In this document: positions 33,157 through 43,482 of the stretch, piece by piece
How positions within the stretch are numbered: the first letter of the stretch is position 1
Layout of the letters: each line of letters starts with the position of its first letter
Assembly: GCA_963726245.1 (NCBI GenBank)
Contig: CAVSBT010000017.1
Coordinates: 96,001 to 160,000 of the forward strand
From: an uncultured Chloroflexia bacterium
GTDB taxonomy: Bacteria; Chloroflexota; Dehalococcoidia; DSTF01; JALHUB01
DNA: 64,000 nucleotides
Reading direction: 5' to 3'
Translations under genes and position numbers: made by a program
Notes under the pieces: generated by a model
Told to the model about the DNA's origin: nothing
The model's input: the letters and a program-made list of their open reading frames with translations, nothing else
Database searches by the model: none

Positions 33157-34499
33157 CCATTATCCAATCCGTACTCCCCTTCATAGCCATCATCGTTGTG
33201 CTCGTTGTCGTGCACGAGCTGGGGCACTTCGTGACCGCCAAGCTGAGCGGCGTGCGGGTGGAGGAGTTCGGCTTGGGCTACCCGCCGCGATTGTGGGCCA
33301 AGAAGCTCGGCGAAACAGAGTACTCCATCAATGCCCTGCCGCTGGGCGGCTTCGTGCGCATGGTGGGCGAGGAAGACCCGTCCGACTCCCGGAGCCTGGC
33401 GAGCAAGCCACGGCCGCTGAGGCTGGTCGTCTTAAGCGCGGGCTCCTTCATGAACTTCATCTTCGCCATCGCCCTCTTCACGACGGGCTTGATGATCCCG
33501 CGCGAGATCCCCGCCGGCAGGGCCGTTATCCAAGAAGTGATGCCGGGCTCCCCGGCGCAGCAGGCCGGACTCCAGAGCGGCGACGTCATCTGGAAGATCG
33601 ACAACCGTGAGGTCCACAACGTCCCCGAGACAGGGAATGCCATCCGCCTCCACCTCGGCGAGACCATTACGATGCAGGTCAAGCGCCAGGGGGAGTTCGT
33701 GGACGTGCCCGTGAAGGCGCGCTGGGTAGCTCCCGACATAGTCCACACAGTTCAGGCGGGAGAGGACGTCCCGACCGTGGCGAAGCAGTTGGGCTTGAGC
33801 GCCGACATCGTGAGGGAGGCAGCCGGCATCAAGACGACGCTCGATGCGGGAAAGCAACTCACGATCGGCGAGGGCCCCGATGCCGTAATCTACACGCCGG
33901 AAGAGGGCGACACCGTCGCCTCGGTGGCGCAACGGCTGGGTGTGAGCCAGGCGGCGGTGCGAACTGCTGCGGACCTGCCCGACCCGGACAAGCTCGAGGT
34001 GGGGAAGGAGCTACACTTCCCGCAGGGGCCCACCGGCATCGTGATTGCGCCCCAGTACACGTACACAGAGACTCAGTCGTACTCCTTCTTCAAGGCTGTT
34101 CCTCTGGGCGTGAGAAACACCGTCGACTCCCTGACCCTGGCCCGGAACCAAGTCATCATGTGGATCAAGGGAGGCGGCAGCCCCGAGGTTTCGGGGCCTA
34201 TCGGCATCGCCCAGGCGACGGGCGAAGTGGTGCAGGAGGCGGGCTGGAAGGTCTTGACGGACTTCGCCGCCCTCCTCAGCGTCAACCTGGCTGTTATCAA
34301 CATCCTGCCTCTGCCCATGCTGGACGGCGGCCGCATCGTCTTCGTCCTGCTCGAGGTGCTGCGCGGCGGCCGGCGCATTGCCCCTCGGAAGGAGGCGTTG
34401 GTGCACCTCGTGGGCCTCGTGGCCCTCCTCACCCTGGTCGTAGTCGTCAGCTACTTCGATATCGTCCGCATAATCCAGGGAGGCAGCCTCTTTCGATGA
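33153..34499 (+). CDS. rseP: RseP/M50 intramembrane zinc protease with PDZ and two inserted LysM-like domains
   Basis: HELGH, PLGGFVRM, PDZ SPAQQAGLQSGD and NILPLPMLDGG; dxr-rseP-ispG synteny. Confidence 0.93.
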   Translation: MTIIQSVLPFIAIIVVLVVVHELGHFVTAKLSGVRVEEFGLGYPPRLWAKKLGETEYSINALPLGGFVRMVGEEDPSDSRSLASKPRPLRLVVLSAGSFMNFIFAIALFTTGLMIPREIPAGRAVIQEVMPGSPAQQAGLQSGDVIWKIDNREVHNVPETGNAIRLHLGETITMQVKRQGEFVDVPVKARWVAPDIVHTVQAGEDVPTVAKQLGLSADIVREAAGIKTTLDAGKQLTIGEGPDAVIYTPEEGDTVASVAQRLGVSQAAVRTAADLPDPDKLEVGKELHFPQGPTGIVIAPQYTYTETQSYSFFKAVPLGVRNTVDSLTLARNQVIMWIKGGGSPEVSGPIGIAQATGEVVQEAGWKVLTDFAALLSVNLAVINILPLPMLDGGRIVFVLLEVLRGGRRIAPRKEALVHLVGLVALLTLVVVVSYFDIVRIIQGGSLFR

Positions 34500-35637
34500 T
34501 CCAGCGGCGGAAATCGAAGCCCCTCCAGATCGGGGACGTCACAGTCGGGGGCGAGGCGCCCGTCGTCGTCCAGTCGATGGCCAGCACCGACACGGCCGAC
34601 GCGACCGCCACCCTGCGGCAGGTCCGCGAGCTGGCCGAGCTGGGATGTGAGCTGGTGCGGGTGGCCGTGCCCCACAAGGCGGCCGCGGCCGCTCTGCCCG
34701 AGATCGTGCGCGGCAGCCCCGTTCCCATCGTCGCCGACATCCACTTCGATCACCGGCTGGCGCTCGCCGCCCTCGAGGCCGGGGTGCACGGCCTGCGCCT
34801 CAATCCCGGCAACATCCGCGACCCGGAGAAGGTGCGAACCGTCGTCCGGGAAGCCCGCGGGCGCCGGGTGCCCATTCGTGTGGGGGTGAACGCGGGCAGC
34901 CTGCCGCCCTTGCCGTCTCTGGCCGAGGGCGAGGATGCCGCCTCCCATGCACGCAGCGGATGGTGGAGGCCGCCCTCTGGGAGATCGGCATCCTGGAGGA
35001 GATGGACTTCGACCTCATCAAGGTCTCCCTGAAGGCGTTCGACGTGCCGACCATGGTGGCGGCCTATCGCGCCATCGCCGGCCGCATCCCCTATCCGCTG
35101 CACCTGGGCGTCACCGAGGCCGGGATGCCCGGCGCCGGCTCCGTCCGCAGCGCCGTCGGCATCGGCATCCTGCTGGCCGAGGGCATCGGCGACACGATCC
35201 GCGTCTCCCTGGCCGCTGACCCGAAGGAGGAGATGCCCGTCTGCTGGGACATCCTGAGAGCCTTGAACCTGCGCCAGCGCGGCCCGACCATCGTCGCCTG
35301 CCCGACCTGCGGGCGCATCGAGATCGACCTCATCCCCCTGGCTACCAAGGTGCAGGAGCACTTCCGGCGACTGGGGAAACCCGTTACCGTCGCCGTCATG
35401 GGCTGCGTCGTGAACGGTCCCGGCGAGGCCAGGATGGCGGACCTGGGGATCGCCGGCGGCAAAGGCCGGGGTGTCATCTTCCGCAAGGGGCAGGTGGTGC
35501 GCACCGTGGATGAGAAGGACTTCCTGTCCGCCCTCATCGAGGAGGGGGACAAGGTCATCGCCGAGATGAACGGCGCGCCGCCGGCTCCTGGAAGCGAGAC
35601 CCTGGTCCCCATTCAGGGGATATCGAGAGAGCAGTAG
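34496..35637 (+). CDS. ispG: HMB-PP synthase (apparent frameshift ~34950)
   Basis: VQSM, ADIHFD, RLNPGN, PLHLGVTEAG, GDTIRVSL, CPTCGR and MGCVVNGPGEA. Confidence 0.95.
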
Positions 35638-35685
35638 CCTCAACTGTCGACCCGGGCGACCGCCCGCTCTTCCGCTGTCAGACTT

Positions 35686-35949
35686 ATGAACTTCGAAGCC
35701 CTGGCGCTGGCCCTCATGCTCGTCCTCTGGGCGGTGCTGGGGACCGTGTGGTGGCTGGCGGGCGCCGTGGCCCGCCGGGGGCGCGGCGTACTCCCCGCGC
35801 TGCCTCTGGCCGCCATAGGCGGGCTGGCCGGTGGGCTGTTGGTGCCGGCCCTGGGCCGTCGCGACGGCGTCGGCCTGCTCGTGAGCCTGGGGGCCGCCCT
35901 CCTGGGCGGCCTCGTGTTCGCCGCCGCCGGCTTCCGCCTCAGCCGGTAG
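35686..35949 (+). CDS. Small hypothetical membrane protein
   Basis: Three Gly/Leu-rich hydrophobic segments; genome-like codon use. Confidence 0.6.
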   Translation: MNFEALALALMLVLWAVLGTVWWLAGAVARRGRGVLPALPLAAIGGLAGGLLVPALGRRDGVGLLVSLGAALLGGLVFAAAGFRLSR

Positions 35950-36129
35950 CGCCTGCCGACCGAGGAGTCCGGCCTGGCGGTGCCGCTGCTCTGCTGGCGC
36001 CTGTCAGACCGCATGCAAGATCGGCCGCCTTCGTTGAACAACCGACGCGCAGCATCCAGGAAGTATTGACAGAAAGAGTACAATCGTGTCAGGCGGTGTG
36101 CTGGGACGAAAACGAAGGAGGCGGGGATA

Positions 36130-36435
36130 ATGCTGTTTGTGACCCTCTACAAAGCAAGAGCAGGGCTTACACGCGAGCAGCAGCAGGAGATCTACACGCG
36201 GCGACTTGAGTGGAACCACGACGCGACCACCAAGGTGATAGGCGAGTACTTCCTTGTCGGCACCAGCCCTGAAGACCCGACCGGCGTGCTCATCTACGAG
36301 TCGGACAAGCCGGTCGTGGGGTATAGGGACCACGCTGTTTGGGGGGACCTGCTCGACATCCGGACCCACTTGGCTGTCCCGGCGGAGGAAGGTCTGAAGG
36401 TCATCCGGCAGATGGTTCAGGCGGCTGCCCGGTAG
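36130..36435 (+). CDS. Small DUF3303/GYD-like protein
   Basis: MLFVTLYK...KVIGEYF...VLIYESD...HLAVPAEEGLK pattern; RBS GGAGG upstream. Confidence 0.6.
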   Translation: MLFVTLYKARAGLTREQQQEIYTRRLEWNHDATTKVIGEYFLVGTSPEDPTGVLIYESDKPVVGYRDHAVWGDLLDIRTHLAVPAEEGLKVIRQMVQAAAR

Positions 36436-36643
36436 CAACGAGCAGGAGCTGGTTGCCAGGATCACCACCCGCACACCGCCGCCTCAGCCTTAGGTTCTCC
36501 GCAGGGCTGGCCCGGGAGGGCATAGAATTGCACGCTCCGACCGGCAGGGGTCCGGCCTGCCGTCGCCGTCGCGTCGCCGGCAGCGGGACAGCACGGGCCG
36601 GAAAGGGCTCGGCGCGGGGCCTGGCGGTCCCGCGGCGGCGCTT

Positions 36644-37384
36644 CTAGGCCCCGGGCTCCGCTTCCTGGCTCTGGTTCGCGATAATCCGCGCCGGGACGCC
36701 GGCGACGGTGGTGTGCGCCGGAACATCCTTGAGCACCACGGAACCGGCGCCGATGATGGCCCCGTCGCCGATCTTGACGGGGCCGAGGATCTTCGCGCCC
36801 GTTCCTACGAACACCCCATCCCCGAGCTCCGGCGCGTCCAATGTTCCAGGGGTGAGACCTATGCTCACCCACGGGCAAAGCACGCACCCTCGCCCTATGG
36901 TCAGCCGCCCGCCGATGACCAGATACCCGTGGGGCACGTAGACGCCTTCCCCAAGCACCACATAGTCGCCGATGCTCATGTCGAAGAAGGTAATGCAGAT
37001 CCTGTGGATGAGGGTGGGAAGGATGGGTACGCGGGCTCCCTCAAGCCAGGTCCGAACGCGGTAGAGCAGTACGCCCAGGAAGGCGTCGGATTTCCAGGCC
37101 AGCCGGAGCATGTGGAAGGGCGTGGCCAGCCGGCCCTGGTCAGCGATCTCGAATCTGCCCGCGATGAAGGCCCGCACGTCCTCCCGGATCGCCCTCCGCA
37201 AAGACGGTCGGCGCGCCCGGAGTTGGCGATGGTACTCCCGCCAGAACCGTTTCCAGTCGCGCTTGGCCTCAGGTCGGGCGTTCGGTTCGGTTACTCCCAA
37301 AGGGGTTTCCAGTCGCTCAACGCGGTCACGCTGGCCGCCATGCCCGGCGGAGGGCATGGTACCCTGGGCTCCATCTCCCGTCAA
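36644..37384 (-). CDS. Serine O-acetyltransferase-like hexapeptide-repeat acyltransferase
   Basis: [47 protein letters not shown]. Confidence 0.85.
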   Translation of the reverse strand: MTGDGAQGTMPSAGHGGQRDRVERLETPLGVTEPNARPEAKRDWKRFWREYHRQLRARRPSLRRAIREDVRAFIAGRFEIADQGRLATPFHMLRLAWKSDAFLGVLLYRVRTWLEGARVPILPTLIHRICITFFDMSIGDYVVLGEGVYVPHGYLVIGGRLTIGRGCVLCPWVSIGLTPGTLDAPELGDGVFVGTGAKILGPVKIGDGAIIGAGSVVLKDVPAHTTVAGVPARIIANQSQEAEPGA

Positions 37385-37506
37385 ACCCCTCCTCTGTGGC
37401 CGCTTTCGCTTGGGGGTGCCGTTTCTGGCGGTCAGCGCTGAGGCCGGGATGTTTGGCAGGCAGAAGCCTCGGCCGAATGTGGGGCCCGAGTGGCCTCGGC
37501 CGCCGC

Positions 37507-38166
37507 TTATGCGCGGGACGCCTCCTGTCCGGGAGGCTCGAAGTTGGGCTGGGGAGTCACCCGCAAATACGGCTTTAGCTCTTTGTAGCCCCTCGGAAAG
37601 AGCTCGGCGGCCTCCGTATTGCTGACGGAGGGCAGGATCACTACGTCTTCGCCGGGCTTCCAGTTCGCGGGTGTCGCGACCTTCTGGTCATCAGCAAGCT
37701 GCAACGAGTCGATGACTCGCAGCAATTCGTCGAAGTTCCGCCCTGTCTCGGCCGGATACGTAAGTATCAGCCGGACCGTCTTCTTCGGATCGATGATGAA
37801 CACGGATCGCACTGTCTCGGTTGCGTGGGCGTTCGGATGAATCATGTCATACAGCTGCGCGACTTTTCGATCCGCATCAGCAAGCAGTGGAAAGTTGAGC
37901 TCTACTCCCTGAGTCTGGGCGATGTCGTGTGCCCACATGTCATGCCGGAACAGGGGATCGACGCTGAGGCCGATCACCTTCACGTTGCGTGTCTCGAATT
38001 CTGGCTTCAGGCGCGCCACCATTCCCAGTTCGGTTGTGCAAACTGGAGTAAAGTCAGCGGGATGTGAGAAGAGAACCGCCCAGCTGTCACCCATCCACTC
38101 GTAGAGGTGGATGGGTCCTTGCGTTGAATCCTGCGTGAAGTCTGGGGCTTTGTCTCCCAGTCGCAC
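37507..38166 (-). CDS. 1-Cys peroxiredoxin (Prx6 family); start uncertain
   Basis: [41 protein letters not shown] and ATPANW. Confidence 0.93.
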   Translation of the reverse strand: MRLGDKAPDFTQDSTQGPIHLYEWMGDSWAVLFSHPADFTPVCTTELGMVARLKPEFETRNVKVIGLSVDPLFRHDMWAHDIAQTQGVELNFPLLADADRKVAQLYDMIHPNAHATETVRSVFIIDPKKTVRLILTYPAETGRNFDELLRVIDSLQLADDQKVATPANWKPGEDVVILPSVSNTEAAELFPRGYKELKPYLRVTPQPNFEPPGQEASRA

Positions 38167-38869
38167 CCATGGTGTTTGCGGAAGAGCCACTCGGGAGCCA
38201 GCGCGGTCATCTCTCGGTGCCCTTTTCTGTTTGGCGGCGTCGTCCTTCCTTGATTTGTCGGCAGCGTACTGGCCCTGGTGTAACAACTTAACCTCCCATC
38301 AGTGGAGCGTCGCGGCACCAACATCCCTGTCTGTGCTGGCCCGTTTCGCCGAAGCATACCTGTGCCCGGGGGGCGGTGCCTGGCGTGAAGGGAGTGGGCG
38401 GCACCGTGCCAGCCCTTTAGCGTACCATAAGCCAGTCGTTTAGCCTACCGTACGGCGGAGGGAGGGGTCAACCAAAGGGTATCCAACGGAAGCAGGGTCG
38501 CGTCGCGGGCCATTGCTCCCCGCCCCGGCGACCGGGGTGCGTCGGGCGGACCGGCGGCCGAGCGCGAATGTCAACCGAAAAGGCACCCACCGTGATGATT
38601 GAAAAGACACCCCCCTGTGTTTGTTGAGCCAAAAGAGCGCCACTATGATGAGGAGAAACGCCGCCGCCCATGGAATGCCAAAATGTCATTACTATCCGGA
38701 CGGTTGACCCGCGGAGCCATTTGGATCGGCGTTGAGGCACTGTGTCCTCAAGCGATCCACGACCGAACTACCAGCGCGGTGGCTGGGCAGAGGGAAGAGA
38801 CGGGAGCAGTATTGGCATCTCATAGCCAGTCAGCAAGGGATAGAAGCAGAGGCGACAGGCTCCCAACGA

Positions 38870-38899
38870 AAAGAGGCCGCCCAACAGAGCGGCCTCTTT
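38870..38899 (-). terminator. Intrinsic terminator (possibly bidirectional)
   Basis: AAAGAGGCCGC-8 nt-GCGGCCTCTTT; U-tract on the minus strand, ~20 nt after the stop at 38921. Confidence 0.75.
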
Positions 38900-38920
38900 A
38901 TTCTGGGCCTGGCTAGCTCC

Positions 38921-41311
38921 TTATCGTATGTTCAGCACCTTGCCCACGGCTTGCTGGTCCTTGTCCACCGCACCCACGTAGTCGTGGGCCGCCAGTAGAG
39001 CATCACCCTGTGCCACGAGGTCTCTAGCTTGCTGGATCTTCTGCAGATCCTTCGGCTTGACGGCGAGTGCTTCCGCCTTCTCGATGGCCTCCACGGCCAC
39101 CGACTTGGCTGCCAGCGCCAGCAAGCCCTTATCGTTTGTCAGGTCGAGGCCCGGCGCGGCTGCCTCCGCCGCCTCCAACTTGCGGAGCGCCCACTTGATC
39201 TTCACGTGGCATGCCACGCGCAGTGTTCCGGGTTCCCCGCTCGAGCATATAAGGGGGGGCCTAGGGTGTTGGGGGGTTCGCAGAATGGCAATCGCGGCTC
39301 GAATGTACGGGGCATGGGCGAGAGGGGTCAGATTCTCAACGACCGTTGCGATAGCCCCCGCGGCGTCGACTACCTCTATCTGGGCGGTTGTCGTGCCGAC
39401 ACCAGCGTCGTCATCGGTCACGTTCAGCGTGATCGTGTAGATGCCCGGGTCAGCGTAGATGTGCGTGGCGTTCAAGGTCCCCGTGGCCCAGCCCAGGCAG
39501 TCACTGAACGAATCGAAGTCAGCCTGCGTGTAGACCTCGCCGTCGCCCCAGTCGAGTGACGCCGTGTGGGTGTCCACGATCCCGGCGTCGGTGAAGCTCC
39601 CCGCCAGGTCAACCTCGAGACCCACCAGAGCCACCGGGACGTCTACCCCGATCTCTGCACCCGTCTCATCGGCGAGGCTGTCGATGCTGGCCACCGGCGG
39701 CACGTTCTCCACCGTCACCACCACCGTGTCGCTCCCCTGGGCGCCGCGGCTATCCGTGACCGTGAAGCTGAAGGTGTACACACAGTCGTCGATGGGCGCG
39801 AAGGTCAATGTCTGCGTGGTAGCGTCTGGGACGTCCACGCAGTTGGTGCCGCTGCTGCTCTCCAGTTGCCACAACAACGTGTGCGTGTCGCCGACGTTGG
39901 GGTCGGTGAAGGAGCCGTTGAGCGTCACCACGGCATTCTCATCGACCGTCTGGTCCAGGCCGGCGTTTGCCGTTGGAGGCGCGTTGGGCGCTAGGATGTG
40001 AAACCAGATATGAGAATTGTCGGCTTCCTCCCCGAAGCTGTCCATCTGGGCTCCGCACGCACCTCCGAGCTCTCCCGACACCGCCCCATCCACGCCGGCC
40101 ATGCACGCGTCAAGGTTGACCGTCAGCGCCAGGCTCCTGTCGTTGTCACGCGGATCGATGTCCGAGAAATCATCGTCATCCCCATCATCATCCCAGAGTT
40201 CAATCTCGACGGTGGTGGTGCCTGTGAGCCCGACATCCCGCCCAAACGCCCACTCGGGATCGATGGCGGTGGCAGTCTCCATCTGGTCGCCCTCGTTCCT
40301 GAACCAATCGCCACCGATGCCGACCCTGACGTAGTAGTCCGGGTCGTCCAGCGCCCCGTGGCCCCCAATTTGCTCCACGTGGTCAATGACTACCGTTAGG
40401 TCGGTCTGTTGCTTGCTTGCCTCTTCGAAGAGACCGTAGAGCGCAGCAGCTGCTCGTATGGAGTGGAAATAGGAGTTTCTGCGGATTATCTCCATGTACG
40501 CCTTGCACATGGAGCCCTCCTCCGAATAGTCGCAGCCATCGACTTTGCTCGGGTCATTGAATTCCGGGATATCCTCGAAGGCACTGAAATCGACCAACCC
40601 CAGTGGGTCTTCCGTGTTACCGGGCACATCGTCAGAGGCGTATATGCCCCCGATCTGAGCCGTTGTGTACATCAACCAGTACAGGGGCAGGTAGGGGCCG
40701 TCCGGAATCACAACGGGCCCCGCGGCTATTAGCCCATTCTTCTCATCTTGAGTTAGGCACTCATTGCCTGGATCAACAGGAGGATCGCATGAGACTCCCA
40801 TATTCATGTACTGGTCGTCGAAGGTGTCTGGATAAACATGCGAGTCGAAATGCACGTGAGCTGGCACAGACATGTCCCCTATGAGGTGAACAACGTGGCC
40901 CAAGTATTCGTACGCAACGTCCTTGTTTCCCTTGTGGTATTCGCCTAAAGCCATGCCCCACAACACTCGGGCTTTCTGCCAGGCATTGGGATCGTGGTAA
41001 TTGCAAACAAGAGTATCCATAGTGTGATCAGGGCCTAGGTCTGGGTCCCAGAAATGTGTAATTGTCACACACCATCCTGTGTGATTCCAGACGTGGTCGG
41101 TCTGGTCCTCATCGCGGGCGCCAGCCTCGATGGTCGACGCGTACTGACGGATTTCAAGGATTTTATCACTCGGCCACAGCTCCCTTGCATACTTGGCGAT
41201 CTGGACGTGGATATCGCCGCCATAGGCTTGTGCACCTTCTGGTCGCACGCCTCCCGAAGCCAGTACACTCAAGCCCAGGATCAGAACCGCGAATAGAATC
41301 CATCGTTTCAT
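38921..41311 (-). CDS. Secreted Zn-dependent phospholipase C/S1-P1-fold protein with C2-like and PKD domains
   Basis: Signal peptide ending AQA|YGGDIH; THFWDPD and YLGHVVHLIGDMSVPAHVH; PKD motifs NAPPTANAG and DWGDG...HIYADPGIYTITLNVTDDD. Confidence 0.75.
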   Translation of the reverse strand: MKRWILFAVLILGLSVLASGGVRPEGAQAYGGDIHVQIAKYARELWPSDKILEIRQYASTIEAGARDEDQTDHVWNHTGWCVTITHFWDPDLGPDHTMDTLVCNYHDPNAWQKARVLWGMALGEYHKGNKDVAYEYLGHVVHLIGDMSVPAHVHFDSHVYPDTFDDQYMNMGVSCDPPVDPGNECLTQDEKNGLIAAGPVVIPDGPYLPLYWLMYTTAQIGGIYASDDVPGNTEDPLGLVDFSAFEDIPEFNDPSKVDGCDYSEEGSMCKAYMEIIRRNSYFHSIRAAAALYGLFEEASKQQTDLTVVIDHVEQIGGHGALDDPDYYVRVGIGGDWFRNEGDQMETATAIDPEWAFGRDVGLTGTTTVEIELWDDDGDDDDFSDIDPRDNDRSLALTVNLDACMAGVDGAVSGELGGACGAQMDSFGEEADNSHIWFHILAPNAPPTANAGLDQTVDENAVVTLNGSFTDPNVGDTHTLLWQLESSSGTNCVDVPDATTQTLTFAPIDDCVYTFSFTVTDSRGAQGSDTVVVTVENVPPVASIDSLADETGAEIGVDVPVALVGLEVDLAGSFTDAGIVDTHTASLDWGDGEVYTQADFDSFSDCLGWATGTLNATHIYADPGIYTITLNVTDDDAGVGTTTAQIEVVDAAGAIATVVENLTPLAHAPYIRAAIAILRTPQHPRPPLICSSGEPGTLRVACHVKIKWALRKLEAAEAAAPGLDLTNDKGLLALAAKSVAVEAIEKAEALAVKPKDLQKIQQARDLVAQGDALLAAHDYVGAVDKDQQAVGKVLNIR

Positions 41312-41664
41312 GATGGTCTCTCCTTGCTCTTGAGAAGCATGACGCCTCTTTCTCCGAGGCGGCGGGCGGTTATGTGGTGGGTGCTCAATGGGATCGGCTG
41401 AGTCGTTCTCATTCGCAGCGAAGTATACTGCTCACACTTCCTCGCGTCACCTCCGAGTTCCCATCATCAGGATGGAGTTGGCGAGGGTGGGACGTGGGGA
41501 TGAGGTCTAGAGTCTGTCGGCTGGACTGAGCCTGCGGTGAGCCGCGAGCGCTCGTTCAGTTGCGGTGGAAGCGGCGTGGCGGGTCCAGGAGGTCATGTTG
41601 TCGAGGATGTCGCCCTCGGTTACGATTGGGCTATGATGCGTTCCCACGGCTCCTATCGCAAGCT

Positions 41665-42582
41665 ATGAGTCTCCTGGCCCTATCCACCATGTGGTCGCAG
41701 CAGGAGCGCTTCTCGGCCGACCTGCGCGAGTTCGCCCGCGTGGCGCGCTCCCTGGGCTACGACGCCCTGGAGGTGAACTACGTCATCCCCCGCGAGGGCG
41801 TCGAGCAGCTCCTGGACGGCGCCGCGCTCCCCATCGCCAGCTTCCACAGCCCCTCGCCCCGCGTCAGGCACGGCGACGGCCGCTGGAGCGAGAGCTTCAA
41901 CCTGGCCTCCACCGACGAAGCGGAGCGCCGCCAGGCCGTCGCCTACAACCTCGCCACCCTCGAGTGGGCGGCGCGGGCCGGCGCATGCTGCGTCGTGCTG
42001 CACCTGGGCGGCGTCGGCGACCGGATGACGGAGCCCGAAAGGCGGCTGCGGCGCCTGTTCGACTCCGGCGTGCGCGAAGGAGAGGAGGTGGAGGGCCTGC
42101 GGCAGGAGCTGCGGCGACTGCGACGGGAGCAGGAGGGCCCGTACCTGGAGGCGGCCCGTCGCTCGCTGGCCGAGCTGGCTGAGGAGGCCTCGCGCCGGGG
42201 CGTCGCCCTGGGCCTGGAGAACCGCTACCACTACCACGAGATCCCCCAGGTGGAGGATGCCTTGACCCTGCTGGCGCCCTACCCGCCGGACCTGGTGGGC
42301 TACTGGCACGACGTGGGCCACGCCGAGGTGCTCCACCGTCTGGGCCTCGTCGACCGCGAGAGCTGGCTGCGCGCGCTGGGGCCTCGCACGATAGGCAGCC
42401 ATCTTCACGACGTGGAGGGCATCGGCGATCACCGGGCGCCCGGCCGGGGTGACGTGCAGTGGGACTACATCGCGCGCGGCTTGCCGCCCGCCGCCCTGCG
42501 CGTCTTCGAGATCGACCAGCGGCAGCCCGACGACGCCGTGGCCGCCGCCATCCCGTACCTCCGCGAGAGGGGCGTCGTCTAG
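41665..42582 (+). CDS. Sugar phosphate isomerase/epimerase (xylose isomerase-like TIM barrel)
   Basis: VVLHLG, LGLENR, WHDVGHA, HLHD, DHRAPG and FE metal-ligand pattern. Confidence 0.85.
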   Translation: MSLLALSTMWSQQERFSADLREFARVARSLGYDALEVNYVIPREGVEQLLDGAALPIASFHSPSPRVRHGDGRWSESFNLASTDEAERRQAVAYNLATLEWAARAGACCVVLHLGGVGDRMTEPERRLRRLFDSGVREGEEVEGLRQELRRLRREQEGPYLEAARRSLAELAEEASRRGVALGLENRYHYHEIPQVEDALTLLAPYPPDLVGYWHDVGHAEVLHRLGLVDRESWLRALGPRTIGSHLHDVEGIGDHRAPGRGDVQWDYIARGLPPAALRVFEIDQRQPDDAVAAAIPYLRERGVV

Positions 42583-42595
42583 CGCGGGTCTCTCC

Positions 42596-42620
42596 TGGCA
42601 TGCCGAGCTTGTCGAAGCAC
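42596..42620. repeat. REP-like element (GTCATGCTGAGCTTGTCGAAGCA-type)
   Basis: TGGCATGCCGAGCTTGTCGAAGCAC, 13 nt after a stop codon; family recalled from memory. Confidence 0.45.
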
Positions 42621-42681
42621 CTCAGCTTCCCGAAGGACCTGGGTGGTTGGTGTGCGATTTGTACCCGACGAACAAAATAAC

Positions 42682-42743
42682 TTGCCTGACGTTCAGCCAG
42701 GGAGTAGCATTGGTCCTCAGGAGTACTTCCTTAGGCGTACTCC
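42682..42743 (+). promoter_or_regulatory. sigma70-like promoter plus palindromic operator upstream of MarR
   Basis: TTGCCT-17-TAGCAT, then GGAGTAC-N10-GTACTCC (42720-42743). Confidence 0.6.
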
Positions 42744-42763
42744 GAAAGTAGTGGTGAGAACCA

Positions 42764-43231
42764 ATGCACGACCCGGAGACATTGGAAAAGGCGATGGACC
42801 TCTACTTGCGCGCCGCCAGCGCCTTGGACCCCATTCGCGTTAGGGGGTGGAGGGACTTGGAGCTGACTTTGACGCAGCTCTTCGTCCTCTTCCACCTCCG
42901 CGAAACGCCCGGTACCTCGGCCGGCACACTGGCGGAAGAATTGCGCGTTACGCCTCCCACCGTGACCGGGTTGGTGGATCGATTGGTCCGCATGGGACTG
43001 GTGCGGCGGGAGGAGGACGCCAAGGACCGCCGGCTGGTGCGCAACGCCCTCACAGCACGGGGCGAGGAGACCGTCGGCGAGGTGGAACGTGAGGGCCGGT
43101 CCCTTCTGATTCAGCTATTCGAACGCCTCACTGCCCGGCAGCTCTCACGACTGGTCGATTCGCTGGAAGTGCTCGTGGCTGCCGCCGACGATATGGCACG
43201 CCTCGCAGCGGACGATTCGGCGGCCTCCTAG
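42764..43231 (+). CDS. MarR family transcriptional regulator
   Basis: LTLTQLFVL and LAEELRVTPPTVTGLVDRLVRMGLVRREEDAKDRR...LTARG. Confidence 0.93.
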   Translation: MHDPETLEKAMDLYLRAASALDPIRVRGWRDLELTLTQLFVLFHLRETPGTSAGTLAEELRVTPPTVTGLVDRLVRMGLVRREEDAKDRRLVRNALTARGEETVGEVEREGRSLLIQLFERLTARQLSRLVDSLEVLVAAADDMARLAADDSAAS

Positions 43232-43482
43232 CCGGCCGCCAGGCGGCAAGCCCTCGCTCGCAGCTTCGGACCACCCCAGCCCTCACGTCCCTAAAGGCCC
43301 CCTCTGGAGAGCGTGGTGCAGCCTGCGCTTTTCGTCGCCGATCATCCTCTGGAAGGTACCGATGCCCGTTTGGTGGGGTGTTCAGGCCGTTTGGCAATTG
43401 ACGACCCGTACCCGTGGGGACGACAATCTAGGCACTGGATACCGCAGAAGGCGCGGGCGAAGCCGGCGGCTCGTGGAAAGCG

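Noticed and set aside
36066-36084. TTGACA...TACAAT promoter
   Set aside because: The spacer is only 7 nt.
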